Assembly (NCBI GenBank): GCA_003598025.1 | Contig: QZKH01000006.1 | Coordinates: 108,035 to 172,034, forward strand | Length of the DNA stretch: 64,000 nt | Reading direction: 5' to 3' | DNA from: Candidatus Omnitrophota bacterium | Lineage (GTDB): Bacteria > Omnitrophota > Gorgyraeia > Gygaellales > Profunditerraquicolaceae | Shown: positions 38,571 through 48,824 of the stretch, piece after piece | Layout of the letters: each line of letters begins with the position of its first letter | How positions within the stretch are numbered: position 1 is the first letter of the stretch | Position numbers and translations under genes: made by a program | Notes under the pieces: model-generated | Told to the model about the DNA's origin: nothing | Database searches by the model: none | What the model saw: only the letters and a program-made list of their open reading frames with translations

Positions 38571-40349
38571 ATGGAAAAGAGAATCATAACTATATATATT
38601 AACAATAAACCTTATAAGGTTAACGATAATCAGACTGTCATGCAGGCCGCCGACAGCGTAGGCTTTAAGATCCCGCGCCTTTGTTATCATCCTAAGCTAT
38701 CTATTGAAGGCGCCTGTAGGGTTTGTATTGTAGAGGTAGAAGGCGCGAAGAATTACATAGCATCTTGTGCTTTTCCGGTATCTGAAGGCATGAAGATATA
38801 CACCGATACAAATGAATTACGTAAAGCCAGGCGTGATATAGTCGAGCTGATACTTGATAACCATCCTCAGGATTGTCATACGTGCGAAAGAGACGGAATT
38901 TGTGAATTGCAAAGGCTTGCTTATGCAATGGGGATACGCAAACGCCATTTTGAGGGGGAGAGAAAACATTACGATAAGGACCTTTCTTCTACTTCTGTTA
39001 TCAGGGATCCTGATAAATGCATCCTTTGCGGAAGATGCGTGCGTATGTGCTCTGAGATTCAGAAGGCAAACGCAATCCAGTATGCACATAGGGGATTTAA
39101 AACAGTTGTGATCCCGGCTTATGATATGCCGTTTAAAGAAAGTGTCTGTACCACCTGCGGCCAGTGTATTAATGTCTGTCCTACGGCAGCTTTTGTTGAG
39201 AAAAACCACACGCAGGAATTGTTTAATAAGCTTAACGATGATTCGATAATTAAAATCGCTCAGATAGCTCCTTCTGTAAGGGCTGCTATCGGTGAAGCTT
39301 TCGGGCTTGAACCCGGCAGAATAATGGAAGGGGAGATGGCAGCGGCTTTAAGAAGGCTGGGTTTTGATTATGTTTTTGATACGCAGTTTTCCGCCGACCT
39401 TACAATTATGGAAGAAGCCAATGAGTTCCTGGAAAGAATACAGGGCAAGGGTAAACTCCCGATGATTACTTCATGTTCAAGCGCCTGGATGAAATGTGTG
39501 GAGCAGTTTTATCCTGACCTTATCGATAATATATCTACATGTAAATCTCCAATGTCGATGATGAGCGCCCTGCTTAAAACATATTTTGCAAAAAAGATCA
39601 AAGCCGACCCCGGAAAGATATTATCTGTGGCAATAATGTGCTGCACGGCAAAAAAATATGAAGCCCAAAGGCCGGAATTATCGGTTGATGGCATGCAGAC
39701 AACAGATATGGTGATAACTACACGCGAGATAGGTTGGATGATAAAATCTGCAGGTATTGATTTTCTTAATATCAAGCCGGAGCATTTTGATACTCCGTTA
39801 GGATTGTCTTCAGGGGCAGGTGTGATATTCGGAGTTACCGGAGGCGTAATGGAGGCCGCTATCAGGACAGCTTATGAGTTATATACCGGGGAAACGCTTA
39901 TGGATATAGAAGTCAATGACATAAGAGGTTTTAAGGGTATAAAAGAAGGTAAGCTTGTTATGGATGGAAATGAAATAAGGGTCGCTGTCGCTCATGGCCT
40001 GGGCAATGCCTGTGACCTTCTTGATATAGTGCGTAAGGAGCCGGGACGCTATCATTTTATTGAAATAATGGGTTGTCCGGGAGGATGTATCGGAGGAGGG
40101 GGCCAGCCATATGCCAGCTCTAACTCTATACCGCTTGATGAAGAATGCCTTAAGAAAAGAGCCGAAGCATTATACGGCCTGGACCGCTCAAGGACAATAA
40201 GGCGAAGTTACGAAAATCCGGATATTCAGAGGATCTATAAAGAATTTCTCGGAAGGCCGCTTGGGCCTGTTTCGCACAAATTATTGCATACGCATTATAA
40301 GGCAAAAGAGCCCAAGGGGATAATACCGTCCACAGCGCATATAAGATAA
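38571..40349 (+). CDS. hydA: [FeFe]-hydrogenase catalytic subunit (HydA/HndD, group A3-like)
   Basis: N-terminal FeS clusters, ADLTIMEE, GGVMEAA.RT, EIMGCPGGCIGGGGQP, LLHT.Y. Confidence 0.94.
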   Translation: MEKRIITIYINNKPYKVNDNQTVMQAADSVGFKIPRLCYHPKLSIEGACRVCIVEVEGAKNYIASCAFPVSEGMKIYTDTNELRKARRDIVELILDNHPQDCHTCERDGICELQRLAYAMGIRKRHFEGERKHYDKDLSSTSVIRDPDKCILCGRCVRMCSEIQKANAIQYAHRGFKTVVIPAYDMPFKESVCTTCGQCINVCPTAAFVEKNHTQELFNKLNDDSIIKIAQIAPSVRAAIGEAFGLEPGRIMEGEMAAALRRLGFDYVFDTQFSADLTIMEEANEFLERIQGKGKLPMITSCSSAWMKCVEQFYPDLIDNISTCKSPMSMMSALLKTYFAKKIKADPGKILSVAIMCCTAKKYEAQRPELSVDGMQTTDMVITTREIGWMIKSAGIDFLNIKPEHFDTPLGLSSGAGVIFGVTGGVMEAAIRTAYELYTGETLMDIEVNDIRGFKGIKEGKLVMDGNEIRVAVAHGLGNACDLLDIVRKEPGRYHFIEIMGCPGGCIGGGGQPYASSNSIPLDEECLKKRAEALYGLDRSRTIRRSYENPDIQRIYKEFLGRPLGPVSHKLLHTHYKAKEPKGIIPSTAHIR

Positions 40350-40365
40350 GGAAAGGAAGCCATAC

Positions 40366-40854
40366 ATGATAGCAAGCCAGGATACAAAATTACAGGAGTT
40401 GAAAGATTTTATTGCCGATTGCAAGAACAGGGATTACCCTGAATCGCAGCTTATAGCCATATTGCATAAAGCCCAGGGGCTTTATGGGTATTTAAGCAAA
40501 GAGATAATGGATGAAGTTGCTCAAGGGATGAGTATCCCGACTGCCCATATCTGGGGCGTAGCGACATTTTATCATTATTTTAACCTTGAGCCGATAGGCA
40601 AATATGTTATTTCCATATGTCTAGGTACTGCCTGCTATGTCAAGGGGGCTAATGATGTGCTGGAGGCAATAAAAAAAGAGCTAAATATAGATATAGATCA
40701 GACTACCGAAGATAAGCTTTTTACTCTGCAGGTAGCCAGATGTTTGGGCGCATGCGGCCTTGCTCCGGTAATAATGATTAACGGCAAGATACACGGAGAA
40801 CTTAATCCTGAAAAAGTAGTATCTATTTTAAAGGAATACCGTAAAAAAGGATAG
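40366..40854 (+). CDS. hydC: NuoE-like [2Fe-2S] subunit (HydC/HndA)
   Basis: VATFY, CLGTAC, CLGAC..AP. Confidence 0.92.
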   Translation: MIASQDTKLQELKDFIADCKNRDYPESQLIAILHKAQGLYGYLSKEIMDEVAQGMSIPTAHIWGVATFYHYFNLEPIGKYVISICLGTACYVKGANDVLEAIKKELNIDIDQTTEDKLFTLQVARCLGACGLAPVIMINGKIHGELNPEKVVSILKEYRKKG

Positions 40855-40864
40855 GTTTTTACCG

Positions 40865-42256
40865 ATGAAATATATCAATGAGGAAAAAATATACACGCAA
40901 CTTTCAGGCGCAAAGTCCGTATCAACCCAGGAGATTGAGAGTATCCTTGCTAAAAGTGTCTCTTTGAAACGCCTGGAGCTTGATGAGGTAGCTAAACTTT
41001 TATCTGTGGAGGGCCAAAAAAGCACATCTATGCTATTTGATGCTGCCTCAAGGGTGAAAAATGAGATTTACGGTAGCAGGGTTGTGTTGTTTGCGCCTCT
41101 TTATATCAATAATATTTGCAGCAATTATTGCGCTTATTGTGCTTTCAGGGCGGATAATAAGACAATAAAAAGAAGAAAACTTAATCAGGAAGAGATTTCT
41201 GAGCAGGCCAGGGTCCTTTTGAAGATGGGGCATAAAAGAGTCTTGGTTGTTTCATCCGAGCCCGGGGGGAAAGAGGATGCGGATTATTACGTAGATTCAA
41301 TAAAGACCATATATTCAGCCAGGTTCAATAATAATTATATCAGAAGAGTGAACATTAATTGTGCTCCATTAAGTATAGACGGGTTCAGGAAATTAAAAGA
41401 CGCAGGTATAGGGACTTATCAGCTTTTTCAGGAAACATATCATCATAAGACTTATTTACAGCTCCATCCAAAAGGCCCCAAGAGCGATCCTGATAATAGG
41501 ATTGAGGCAATAGAAAGGGCGTTTGCCGCAGGTATTGAGGATATCGGCGTTGGGGTATTATATGGTTTGTATGATTACAGGTTTGAGACTTTGGCGCTAT
41601 TAACACATATTGCATGCCTTGAGCAGAAATTCGGGGTAGGGCCTCATACTATATCCGTGCCAAGGATCGAACCTGCTCTAGGAACTGAATTCTTCGATTC
41701 CAGCAGATATAAGGTCAGTGATTTAGAGTTTAAAAAGCTCGTAGCAATAATCAGGCTGGCTGTTCCCTATACAGGGATTATACTTTCGACCAGGGAGAGC
41801 CCAAAGATGAGAGATGAGTTGTTTAATCTCGGCGTTTCGCAGATAAGCGCAGCTTCAAGGACTTCGCCGGGAGGATATGCGGAGCCGGGGGCTGATAAAG
41901 ATACAGATAGCGGGGGCCAATTTGTCCTTAGCGATAACCGCAGCCTGAATGACATGGTAAAATTGCTGATCGAGAAGAAATCGATACCGAGTTTTTGCGC
42001 CGCCTGTTACAGGAAGGAGCGCACCGGCAAGGCGTTTATGAGCCTTGCAAAGCCGGGTAACATAAAAGGCAAGTGCAGTATAAATGCATTAGTTACGCTG
42101 AAGGAATATTTAGATGATTTTGCAACCGGTGATGTTAGAAGCCAAGGGTATGCTTTAATAGATGAAGTCAGTAAATCTTTGCCTGAAGAGGACAAAAAAC
42201 AGCTTATCCCTTTTCTTGAAGAGGTAAGCAGAGGTATCAGAGATAAGTATGTCTAG
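40865..42256 (+). CDS. hydG: [FeFe]-hydrogenase maturase HydG
   Basis: FAPLY, CSNYCAYC, FQETY, HTISVPRI, C-terminal FCAACYR..C. Confidence 0.94.
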   Translation: MKYINEEKIYTQLSGAKSVSTQEIESILAKSVSLKRLELDEVAKLLSVEGQKSTSMLFDAASRVKNEIYGSRVVLFAPLYINNICSNYCAYCAFRADNKTIKRRKLNQEEISEQARVLLKMGHKRVLVVSSEPGGKEDADYYVDSIKTIYSARFNNNYIRRVNINCAPLSIDGFRKLKDAGIGTYQLFQETYHHKTYLQLHPKGPKSDPDNRIEAIERAFAAGIEDIGVGVLYGLYDYRFETLALLTHIACLEQKFGVGPHTISVPRIEPALGTEFFDSSRYKVSDLEFKKLVAIIRLAVPYTGIILSTRESPKMRDELFNLGVSQISAASRTSPGGYAEPGADKDTDSGGQFVLSDNRSLNDMVKLLIEKKSIPSFCAACYRKERTGKAFMSLAKPGNIKGKCSINALVTLKEYLDDFATGDVRSQGYALIDEVSKSLPEEDKKQLIPFLEEVSRGIRDKYV

Positions 42257-43307
42257 ATATGTAGGTTTATTAGAAGAAATATACAGCCAGAAACATCCCG
42301 ATAGGAGTATTATCGTGGAGTTGCTTAAGCTTGACAGGGCAAGGGCAGAAGATATTTTTTTATTTGCCGAACGCCTGCGTAGTGCCTTTATGGGGGAAGG
42401 CATACTCGTAAGAGGGATAGTTGAGTTTTCAAATATATGCAGGAACGAATGCTTATATTGCGGGTTGAATAAAAATAATACTTCCTTAAAAAGATACAGG
42501 TTAAGTATGCCGGAGGTACTGCAGGCAGCCAGGCAAGTAGCCTCAAACGGCATAAAGACAATCGTTTTACAGTCCGGGGAAGACGACGGATTAGACGCAG
42601 CATGGCTTTATGAGCTGATATGCCGGATAAAATCAGACTATAATATAGCCGTGACCCTTTGCGTGGGTGAAAGAAGTTTTGAAGAATATAAGCTATGGAG
42701 AGAAGCAGGAGCAGACAGGTATCTGCTTAAAATAGAAACGACTGATAAGGCTCTGTATGAAAGGCTGCATCCGGGTATGAGTTTTGATAACCGCATCAGG
42801 TGTTTAATGCAGCTTAAGGAATTGGGTTATCAATTAGGTTCGGGAAATATTATCGGCCTTAAAGATCAGTCCTTGGAATCTATTGCCGGGGATATATTAT
42901 TTTTTAAAGAGATGAATTTGGATATGGTAGGTATAGGTCCTTTTATACCCCATCCGCAGACAAGGCTATCTTCCGAACTTCAGGGAGAGGTGTTTTTGAC
43001 CCTTAAAACTATAGCCCTTACCAGGATAGTTACTAAAACGGCTCATATCCCTGCTACCACAGCTTTAGGCAGCCTGGAAGCTGATTACAGGATAGCTGCG
43101 CTTAAATCCGGAGCAAATGTGCTTATGCCGAATTTTACTCCAGCCGGAGTAAAGAAATTGTATGATTTATACCCGCATCGCAGATGCCTGGATGATTCCG
43201 GATCAATTTGCGTAAAGTGTATGGATAATTTTGTTAAACCGATAAACAGGCATTTGGATTTCTCCAGAGGCGATTCTTTAAAGAAGGAAGATGAAGCATA
43301 TGTATAA
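42249..43307 (+). CDS. hydE: [FeFe]-hydrogenase maturase HydE
   Basis: RGIVEFSNIC..CLYCG, GIGPFIPHP, PATTAL, GANVLMPN. Confidence 0.93.
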   Translation: MSRYVGLLEEIYSQKHPDRSIIVELLKLDRARAEDIFLFAERLRSAFMGEGILVRGIVEFSNICRNECLYCGLNKNNTSLKRYRLSMPEVLQAARQVASNGIKTIVLQSGEDDGLDAAWLYELICRIKSDYNIAVTLCVGERSFEEYKLWREAGADRYLLKIETTDKALYERLHPGMSFDNRIRCLMQLKELGYQLGSGNIIGLKDQSLESIAGDILFFKEMNLDMVGIGPFIPHPQTRLSSELQGEVFLTLKTIALTRIVTKTAHIPATTALGSLEADYRIAALKSGANVLMPNFTPAGVKKLYDLYPHRRCLDDSGSICVKCMDNFVKPINRHLDFSRGDSLKKEDEAYV

Positions 43308-44538
43308 AACCCCGGCAAGCAACAGGCTGCACATAGGCATTTTTGGTAAAAGAAATACCGGGAAGTCCAGCCTTATCAATGCAGTGACTAATCAGGATAT
43401 TGCTATAGTATCGGAAGTGGCCGGCACTACTACGGACCCTGTATATAAGGCAATGGAGATATTGCCTATAGGGCCGTGTATGTTAATCGATACTGCCGGT
43501 ATAGATGATGAAGGGGTTTTGGGCGAAGAAAGGGTAAAGAAGACGCAAAAGGTATTAAGAAAAACCGATGTAGGAATAATAGTTGTAACTCCGGATACAA
43601 GAATAGATAATTTTGAGGAAGAGCTGGTAGGGGTCTTTATCCAGAAGAAACTCCCTTTCCTTTTTGTTGTTAACAAATGCGAACTGGATGGCCGGGATGC
43701 TGTCATTTATCTGCAGGCAAAGGGTTATGAATATATAGAAGCCAGCTCAAAATTAGGCACAGGTATAGATGAGCTTAAAAAAAAGATAATGGAATTAGCG
43801 CCCGCCCACTGGTCACCGGTGCCGTTGGTCGCCGATATTATAGAGGAAAGAGATACCGTTGTCCTGGTTTGCCCCATAGACAGCGCTATGCCGCAGGGAA
43901 GGCTTATCCTGCCTCAGGTTCAGGTAATGAGGGATGTGCTTGACAGGAACGCTATCGCATATGTAACTAAAGAAACGGAACTGGGCCAAGCAATAAAAGC
44001 ACTTAAGGATAAACCCAAAGTCGTTATAACCGATTCGCAGGTATTCGATACTGTTAAAGATATCCTGCCTCAAGATATCCCGCTGACATCTTTTTCAACG
44101 GTCTTTGCAAGGCATAAGGGCGATTTGAATGCGTTTATTGAGGGCGTATATGCGATTGAAGAATTAAAAGACGGGGATGAGGTGCTTATCTCCGAGGCTT
44201 GCACGCATCACGTCCAGGCCGAGGATATCGGCAGGACCAAAATACCCACATGGTTACTCAATAAGACAAAAAAAGACCTGCATTTTGAAGTTTCTGCAGG
44301 CGGTGATTTCCCCGAGGACATTAAGCGTTTCAGCCTGATAATAAGCTGCGGGGGGTGCATGATAAACCGCAGGGAGTTATTGTATAGGATAGAGCGGGCA
44401 AAAAAAGAGAATGTACCAATAACAAACTATGGTATAATAATCGCGTATTTTTCCGGGATTTTAGACCGGATACTGCAGCCTTTTTCAAAAGGTCTCGTTA
44501 AGATTGAAAATAAAAACAGGGAATTATCGTCCCATTAA
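43291..44538 (+). CDS. hydF: [FeFe]-hydrogenase maturation GTPase HydF
   Basis: GKRNTGKSS, DTAG, GRLILPQ, EACTHH, CGGC. Confidence 0.95.
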   Translation: MKHMYKTPASNRLHIGIFGKRNTGKSSLINAVTNQDIAIVSEVAGTTTDPVYKAMEILPIGPCMLIDTAGIDDEGVLGEERVKKTQKVLRKTDVGIIVVTPDTRIDNFEEELVGVFIQKKLPFLFVVNKCELDGRDAVIYLQAKGYEYIEASSKLGTGIDELKKKIMELAPAHWSPVPLVADIIEERDTVVLVCPIDSAMPQGRLILPQVQVMRDVLDRNAIAYVTKETELGQAIKALKDKPKVVITDSQVFDTVKDILPQDIPLTSFSTVFARHKGDLNAFIEGVYAIEELKDGDEVLISEACTHHVQAEDIGRTKIPTWLLNKTKKDLHFEVSAGGDFPEDIKRFSLIISCGGCMINRRELLYRIERAKKENVPITNYGIIIAYFSGILDRILQPFSKGLVKIENKNRELSSH

Positions 44539-44553
44539 TAAAAGGAGGAAGTA

Positions 44554-44940
44554 ATGCCGGGTAAGATACTTATTATTGATGATGATGCGGATTTTAGAGA
44601 GGCTATTTCTATGCTGTTAGAAGCTAAAGGTTATTCTGTCTCTACCTCAGCCAATGGTAAAGACGGTTTGGATAAAGCCAAGTCAATAAAACCTTCTTTG
44701 ATACTGCTTGACGTCATGATGACAACCAAGACAGAAGGCTTTGATCTGGCGCAGCAATTTAAGAGCTCCAAGGATTTAAATAAAATACCGGTTATTATAA
44801 TAACCGGTATCAAGAAAGATATGAACCTGCCTTTTAGTTTTGAGGCCGATAATGATTGGCTGCCCGTAAAAGCAGTATTGGAGAAGCCTGTCAAGCCGGA
44901 TATATTATTGTCTGAAATCGAGAAATACGTAAAGGCATAA
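44554..44940 (+). CDS. Single-domain response regulator
   Basis: IIDDD, LLDVMM, EKP. Confidence 0.9.
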   Translation: MPGKILIIDDDADFREAISMLLEAKGYSVSTSANGKDGLDKAKSIKPSLILLDVMMTTKTEGFDLAQQFKSSKDLNKIPVIIITGIKKDMNLPFSFEADNDWLPVKAVLEKPVKPDILLSEIEKYVKA

Positions 44941-45171
44941 TATTCTAACAGATTGTAAACAAAATAGTTTTGTTTCAGGCGAGGATTTTCTTAACCTGTT
45001 TAGGCCTTAAAGCTTTATTTTATTTTTCACAGCTTGACAAATAAGCCAAATTATTACATAATAAAACAGTAATAGTTTGGCTTATTCTTTTGAACATCTC
45101 CGCTTGCGAAAAATCCAAGACAACCACAGTTCATTACCAAAATACCGAAACAACCATAAGAGAGGTACCAT

Positions 45172-46224
45172 ATGAATTTCAACCTGGATTTTCCTGTTAT
45201 TCTGAAGTTATTTGGCCCGGCGGTTATCTTCTTAGCAAGCATTATTACCGGCTATATGCTAAGATCTATAGTATTTAGCAAGCTTAGCCGTCTTGCCCGT
45301 AATACCAGGTCGCAGATTGACGACATCATTATTTCATCAACGAAAACACCATTTATCATTTGGTGCATGATGTTTGGTATATATTTCGCACTGGAGTTCT
45401 CAGATTTGCCGGAAGGCGCAACGCATATTGCAAGTAAAATATTGGTGGTCTTAGGCATTGCCTCAGTGACTATTGTCTTAGCTAATATAATTGCTAGGAT
45501 AATCCAGGTTTACGCCAATAAAATAGCCGGAACCCTGCCGATAACATCCCTTACCCAGAATATCAGCAGAATAATTATATTTATAATCGGCATACTTGTA
45601 ATTCTTAACGGTCTTGGGATATCCATTACCCCCATACTTGCTACTCTTGGCGTCGGCGGCTTAGCAGTAGCCTTAGCATTACAAGATACCCTTTCTAATC
45701 TATTCGCAGGTTTCCATATCACCATATCCAGGCAAGTAAGAATAGGAGATTATATAAAGCTGGATAGCGGACAGGAAGGCTATGTCATCGATATAAACTG
45801 GCGTACAACTAAAATAAGGATGCTGCCTAATAACGTGGTACTGGTGCCGAATGCAAAGCTCGCCCAGGCAATTATTACTAACTTTTACTTACCCGATACA
45901 GAGATGGCAGTTTTAATAGAAGTCAGAGTGCACTATGGAAGCGATCTTAAAAAAGTTGAAAAAATCACCTGTGAAGTGGCAAGCCAGATAATGAAAGAGG
46001 TTAACGGAGGAGTCCCCGGATTCGAACCTTTTATAAGATATCACACCTTCGGAGATTTCAGCATTGGTTTTACTGTTATTTTAAGATGCCGGGAGTTTGT
46101 TGACCAATATCTGGTCAAGCATGAATTCATAAAGAAACTCCATGAAAGATATGCTAAAGAGCATATTAATATCCCTTATCCGATAAGGGCCATAAATTAC
46201 AGCCAAGAAAAGGCAGAAGCATAA
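45172..46224 (+). CDS. mscS: Small-conductance mechanosensitive channel
   Basis: LGVGGLAVALALQDTLSNLFAG, IGD.I, VPN. Confidence 0.93.
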   Translation: MNFNLDFPVILKLFGPAVIFLASIITGYMLRSIVFSKLSRLARNTRSQIDDIIISSTKTPFIIWCMMFGIYFALEFSDLPEGATHIASKILVVLGIASVTIVLANIIARIIQVYANKIAGTLPITSLTQNISRIIIFIIGILVILNGLGISITPILATLGVGGLAVALALQDTLSNLFAGFHITISRQVRIGDYIKLDSGQEGYVIDINWRTTKIRMLPNNVVLVPNAKLAQAIITNFYLPDTEMAVLIEVRVHYGSDLKKVEKITCEVASQIMKEVNGGVPGFEPFIRYHTFGDFSIGFTVILRCREFVDQYLVKHEFIKKLHERYAKEHINIPYPIRAINYSQEKAEA

Positions 46225-46527
46225 ATGTTTATATTATCTAACTTTTTAGCTAGTTTAGCCAGGGTAACGGATATGCTGCTTACAGCCTTGTATTGGATGG
46301 TATTGATACGTGCGTTGATAAGCTGGGTAAACCCCGACCCATTAAATCCGATAGTCCAGTTTCTGTATAAGGTAACCGAGCCCATTTTAAACCCGATCAG
46401 GAGAATGCTCCCATTAGGTCTGAAGTTTGGAATTGATATTTCACCAATAATCGCATTTTTACTGATTATCTTCATCCAGTCTTTTTTGGTCAAAAGCCTT
46501 TTTGACCTTTCTTTAAGGTTGGGTTAG
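46225..46527 (+). CDS. yggT: YggT family membrane protein
   Basis: SWVNPDP.NP, TEP.L.PIRR, DISP. Confidence 0.93.
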   Translation: MFILSNFLASLARVTDMLLTALYWMVLIRALISWVNPDPLNPIVQFLYKVTEPILNPIRRMLPLGLKFGIDISPIIAFLLIIFIQSFLVKSLFDLSLRLG

Positions 46528-46544
46528 CGAGAAGGAGAGGCAGT

Positions 46545-48023
46545 ATGTGGAGTAAGGAAAGTTTGCAAGAACTGATTAAGGAAAAGATGGCGGATTATTG
46601 CTTTATAGTAGTTTCTAACCGCCAGCCCTACATTCATATTTATAAAAAAGGCAAAATTACATATCAGCGCGGTGCAGGAGGCGTCATAACTGCCCTTGAT
46701 CCGGTCATGCAGGCATGCAAGGGGATTTGGGTGGCATTTGGTAATGGAGAGGCTGACCGTAAAGTAGCGGATACTAACGGTAAGTTAATGGTCCCTCCTG
46801 AAAACCCTGCTTATGTTTTAAAGAGAGTTTGGCTCACCAAAGAAGAGGAGAACGGATATTATTACGGCTATTCCAATGAAGCATTATGGCCGCTTTGCCA
46901 TATGGCTTTCCAGAGGCCGGTGTTCAGGGAGAATGATTGGTCATGCTATAAGGAAGTAAATAAAAAATTTGCCAAAGCCGTTATTGATGAGATAGGGAAT
47001 AAGAAGGCATTTGTATGGATACAAGATTATCATTTATGCTTGCTGCCTAAATACCTGAAAGAGATGGCTCCCAACCAATTGATAATTACGCATTTCTGGC
47101 ATATCCCATGGCCTAATCAAGAAACTTTCAGGATATGCCCGCAGAAGAAAGAGCTTCTTGAGGGGCTTTTGGCCAATGATCTTTTGGGATTCCATATACG
47201 TTATCATTGTGATAATTTTATCGATGTTATTGACAGGGAGATCGAGAGCAAGATTGACAGGGAAAGATTTTCCGTAATTAAATCAGGGCACGAAACTCTG
47301 ATCAGGCCTTATCCGATAAGCGTCGATTTTGATGGTATTAGTATGGCATCAAATTCATCCTTAGTCAAAAGCATCCAAGAAGAATTGCGCCAGGAATATT
47401 CCCTTGAAGGATATAAAATAATATTGGGCTTAGACAGGATTGATTATACCAAGGGGATCCCGGAAAGGCTCCTTGCTATGGATGCTCTGCTGGAGAGGCA
47501 CCCTGAACTTAAAGAAAAAATATTATTTTTGCAGATGGGCGAGATCAGCCGAATACATATTCCAAGGTATAAACAGCTTAATGATGAGATTAATGCTTTG
47601 GTTGAGCAGATCAATTGGAGGCATTCAACAGACACCTGGAAGCCGATAGTGCTTGTCAGAAGGCACCTTTCTTTTTCTGAAGCCCTGGCATTTTACAGGA
47701 TGGGCAGTGTTTGTATCGTAAGTTCTTTGCATGACGGCATGAACTTAGTGGCAAAAGAATTTATTTCCAGCCGTTCTGATGAACAGGGGGTACTTGTCCT
47801 TAGCCAGTTTACCGGCGCATCCAGAGAGCTTACCGACGCAATACTGGTCAACCCTTATGACCGCGAGCAATTCAGCGAAAAAATATTTGAGGCTTTAAGC
47901 CTAAACACAGAAGAGCAGAAAAGAAGAATGTCTAAAATGAGGCAGCATATCTCCCAGTATAATATCTTCCGATGGGCCGGCAAAGTGCTCTCTGAGCTGC
48001 TTAAATTTGAATTTAAAGAATAG
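46545..48023 (+). CDS. otsA: Trehalose-6-phosphate synthase
   Basis: VVSNR, LWPLCH, QDYH, DRIDYTKG, DGMNLVAKE. Confidence 0.95.
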   Translation: MWSKESLQELIKEKMADYCFIVVSNRQPYIHIYKKGKITYQRGAGGVITALDPVMQACKGIWVAFGNGEADRKVADTNGKLMVPPENPAYVLKRVWLTKEEENGYYYGYSNEALWPLCHMAFQRPVFRENDWSCYKEVNKKFAKAVIDEIGNKKAFVWIQDYHLCLLPKYLKEMAPNQLIITHFWHIPWPNQETFRICPQKKELLEGLLANDLLGFHIRYHCDNFIDVIDREIESKIDRERFSVIKSGHETLIRPYPISVDFDGISMASNSSLVKSIQEELRQEYSLEGYKIILGLDRIDYTKGIPERLLAMDALLERHPELKEKILFLQMGEISRIHIPRYKQLNDEINALVEQINWRHSTDTWKPIVLVRRHLSFSEALAFYRMGSVCIVSSLHDGMNLVAKEFISSRSDEQGVLVLSQFTGASRELTDAILVNPYDREQFSEKIFEALSLNTEEQKRRMSKMRQHISQYNIFRWAGKVLSELLKFEFKE

Positions 48024-48823
48024 TGAAATATTTATTAAGTAATTGGCGTCAATTTAAGGATAAAATAAGGGGAAAAAAGATAATTCTGCTGCTTGATTAT
48101 GACGGAACGCTTTGCCCTATTAAGAGAACTCCTAGGCTTGCGGTAATACCGCATGATGTTAAGGCACTGCTTGAAAAGCTTTCGGGCATGTTGGATTGTA
48201 AACTGGCTATTATAAGCGGAAGAAGCTTGGAAGATATCAAAAATATAATAGGGATCCGTGGTATCATATATTCCGGAAACCATGGCTTTGAGATCGAGGG
48301 TCCTAAGATCAAATTCCATGGTTCTATACCTTATGGATACAGGCGCATGCTTGAAAGTATAAAGAGGAAGTTACACAAGAAGTTTAACGGTGTTAAAGGG
48401 GCAATTTTAGAGGACAAGGAATATTCTCTGGGTATTCATTACAGACTGGCGTCAAAAAGCGCTTTATCAGCTATCAAGAAGGCGTTCTATGAAGTCGTGA
48501 TGGTTTATCTTATAAAGGGTAAGATAAAGATCAGATATGGCAAGAAGGTTTTTGAGGTAATGCCTCCGAATGGTTGGGATAAGGGAAAGGTTGTATCCTG
48601 GCTTTTGAGCAGGAAGTTTTTTAGCTTTGGGGCTAAAATGGCCATTCCTATTTATCTTGGTGATGACCTGACTGATGAAGATGCTTTCCAGACGCTAAAA
48701 AATAAAGGGTTGACTATTTTCATCGGAAAACCTAAAATGTCATCTGCAAAATATTATCTTAGAAACGTTGGCCAGGTTAAGCATTTTTTGAAAGAAATTA
48801 TCAAGTTTTTGGAGGGCGCTTAA
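48023..48823 (+). CDS. otsB: Trehalose-6-phosphate phosphatase
   Basis: DYDGTL, ISGR, GNHG.E, DKG, GDDLTDED. Confidence 0.94.
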   Translation: MKYLLSNWRQFKDKIRGKKIILLLDYDGTLCPIKRTPRLAVIPHDVKALLEKLSGMLDCKLAIISGRSLEDIKNIIGIRGIIYSGNHGFEIEGPKIKFHGSIPYGYRRMLESIKRKLHKKFNGVKGAILEDKEYSLGIHYRLASKSALSAIKKAFYEVVMVYLIKGKIKIRYGKKVFEVMPPNGWDKGKVVSWLLSRKFFSFGAKMAIPIYLGDDLTDEDAFQTLKNKGLTIFIGKPKMSSAKYYLRNVGQVKHFLKEIIKFLEGA

Positions 48824-48824
48824 C

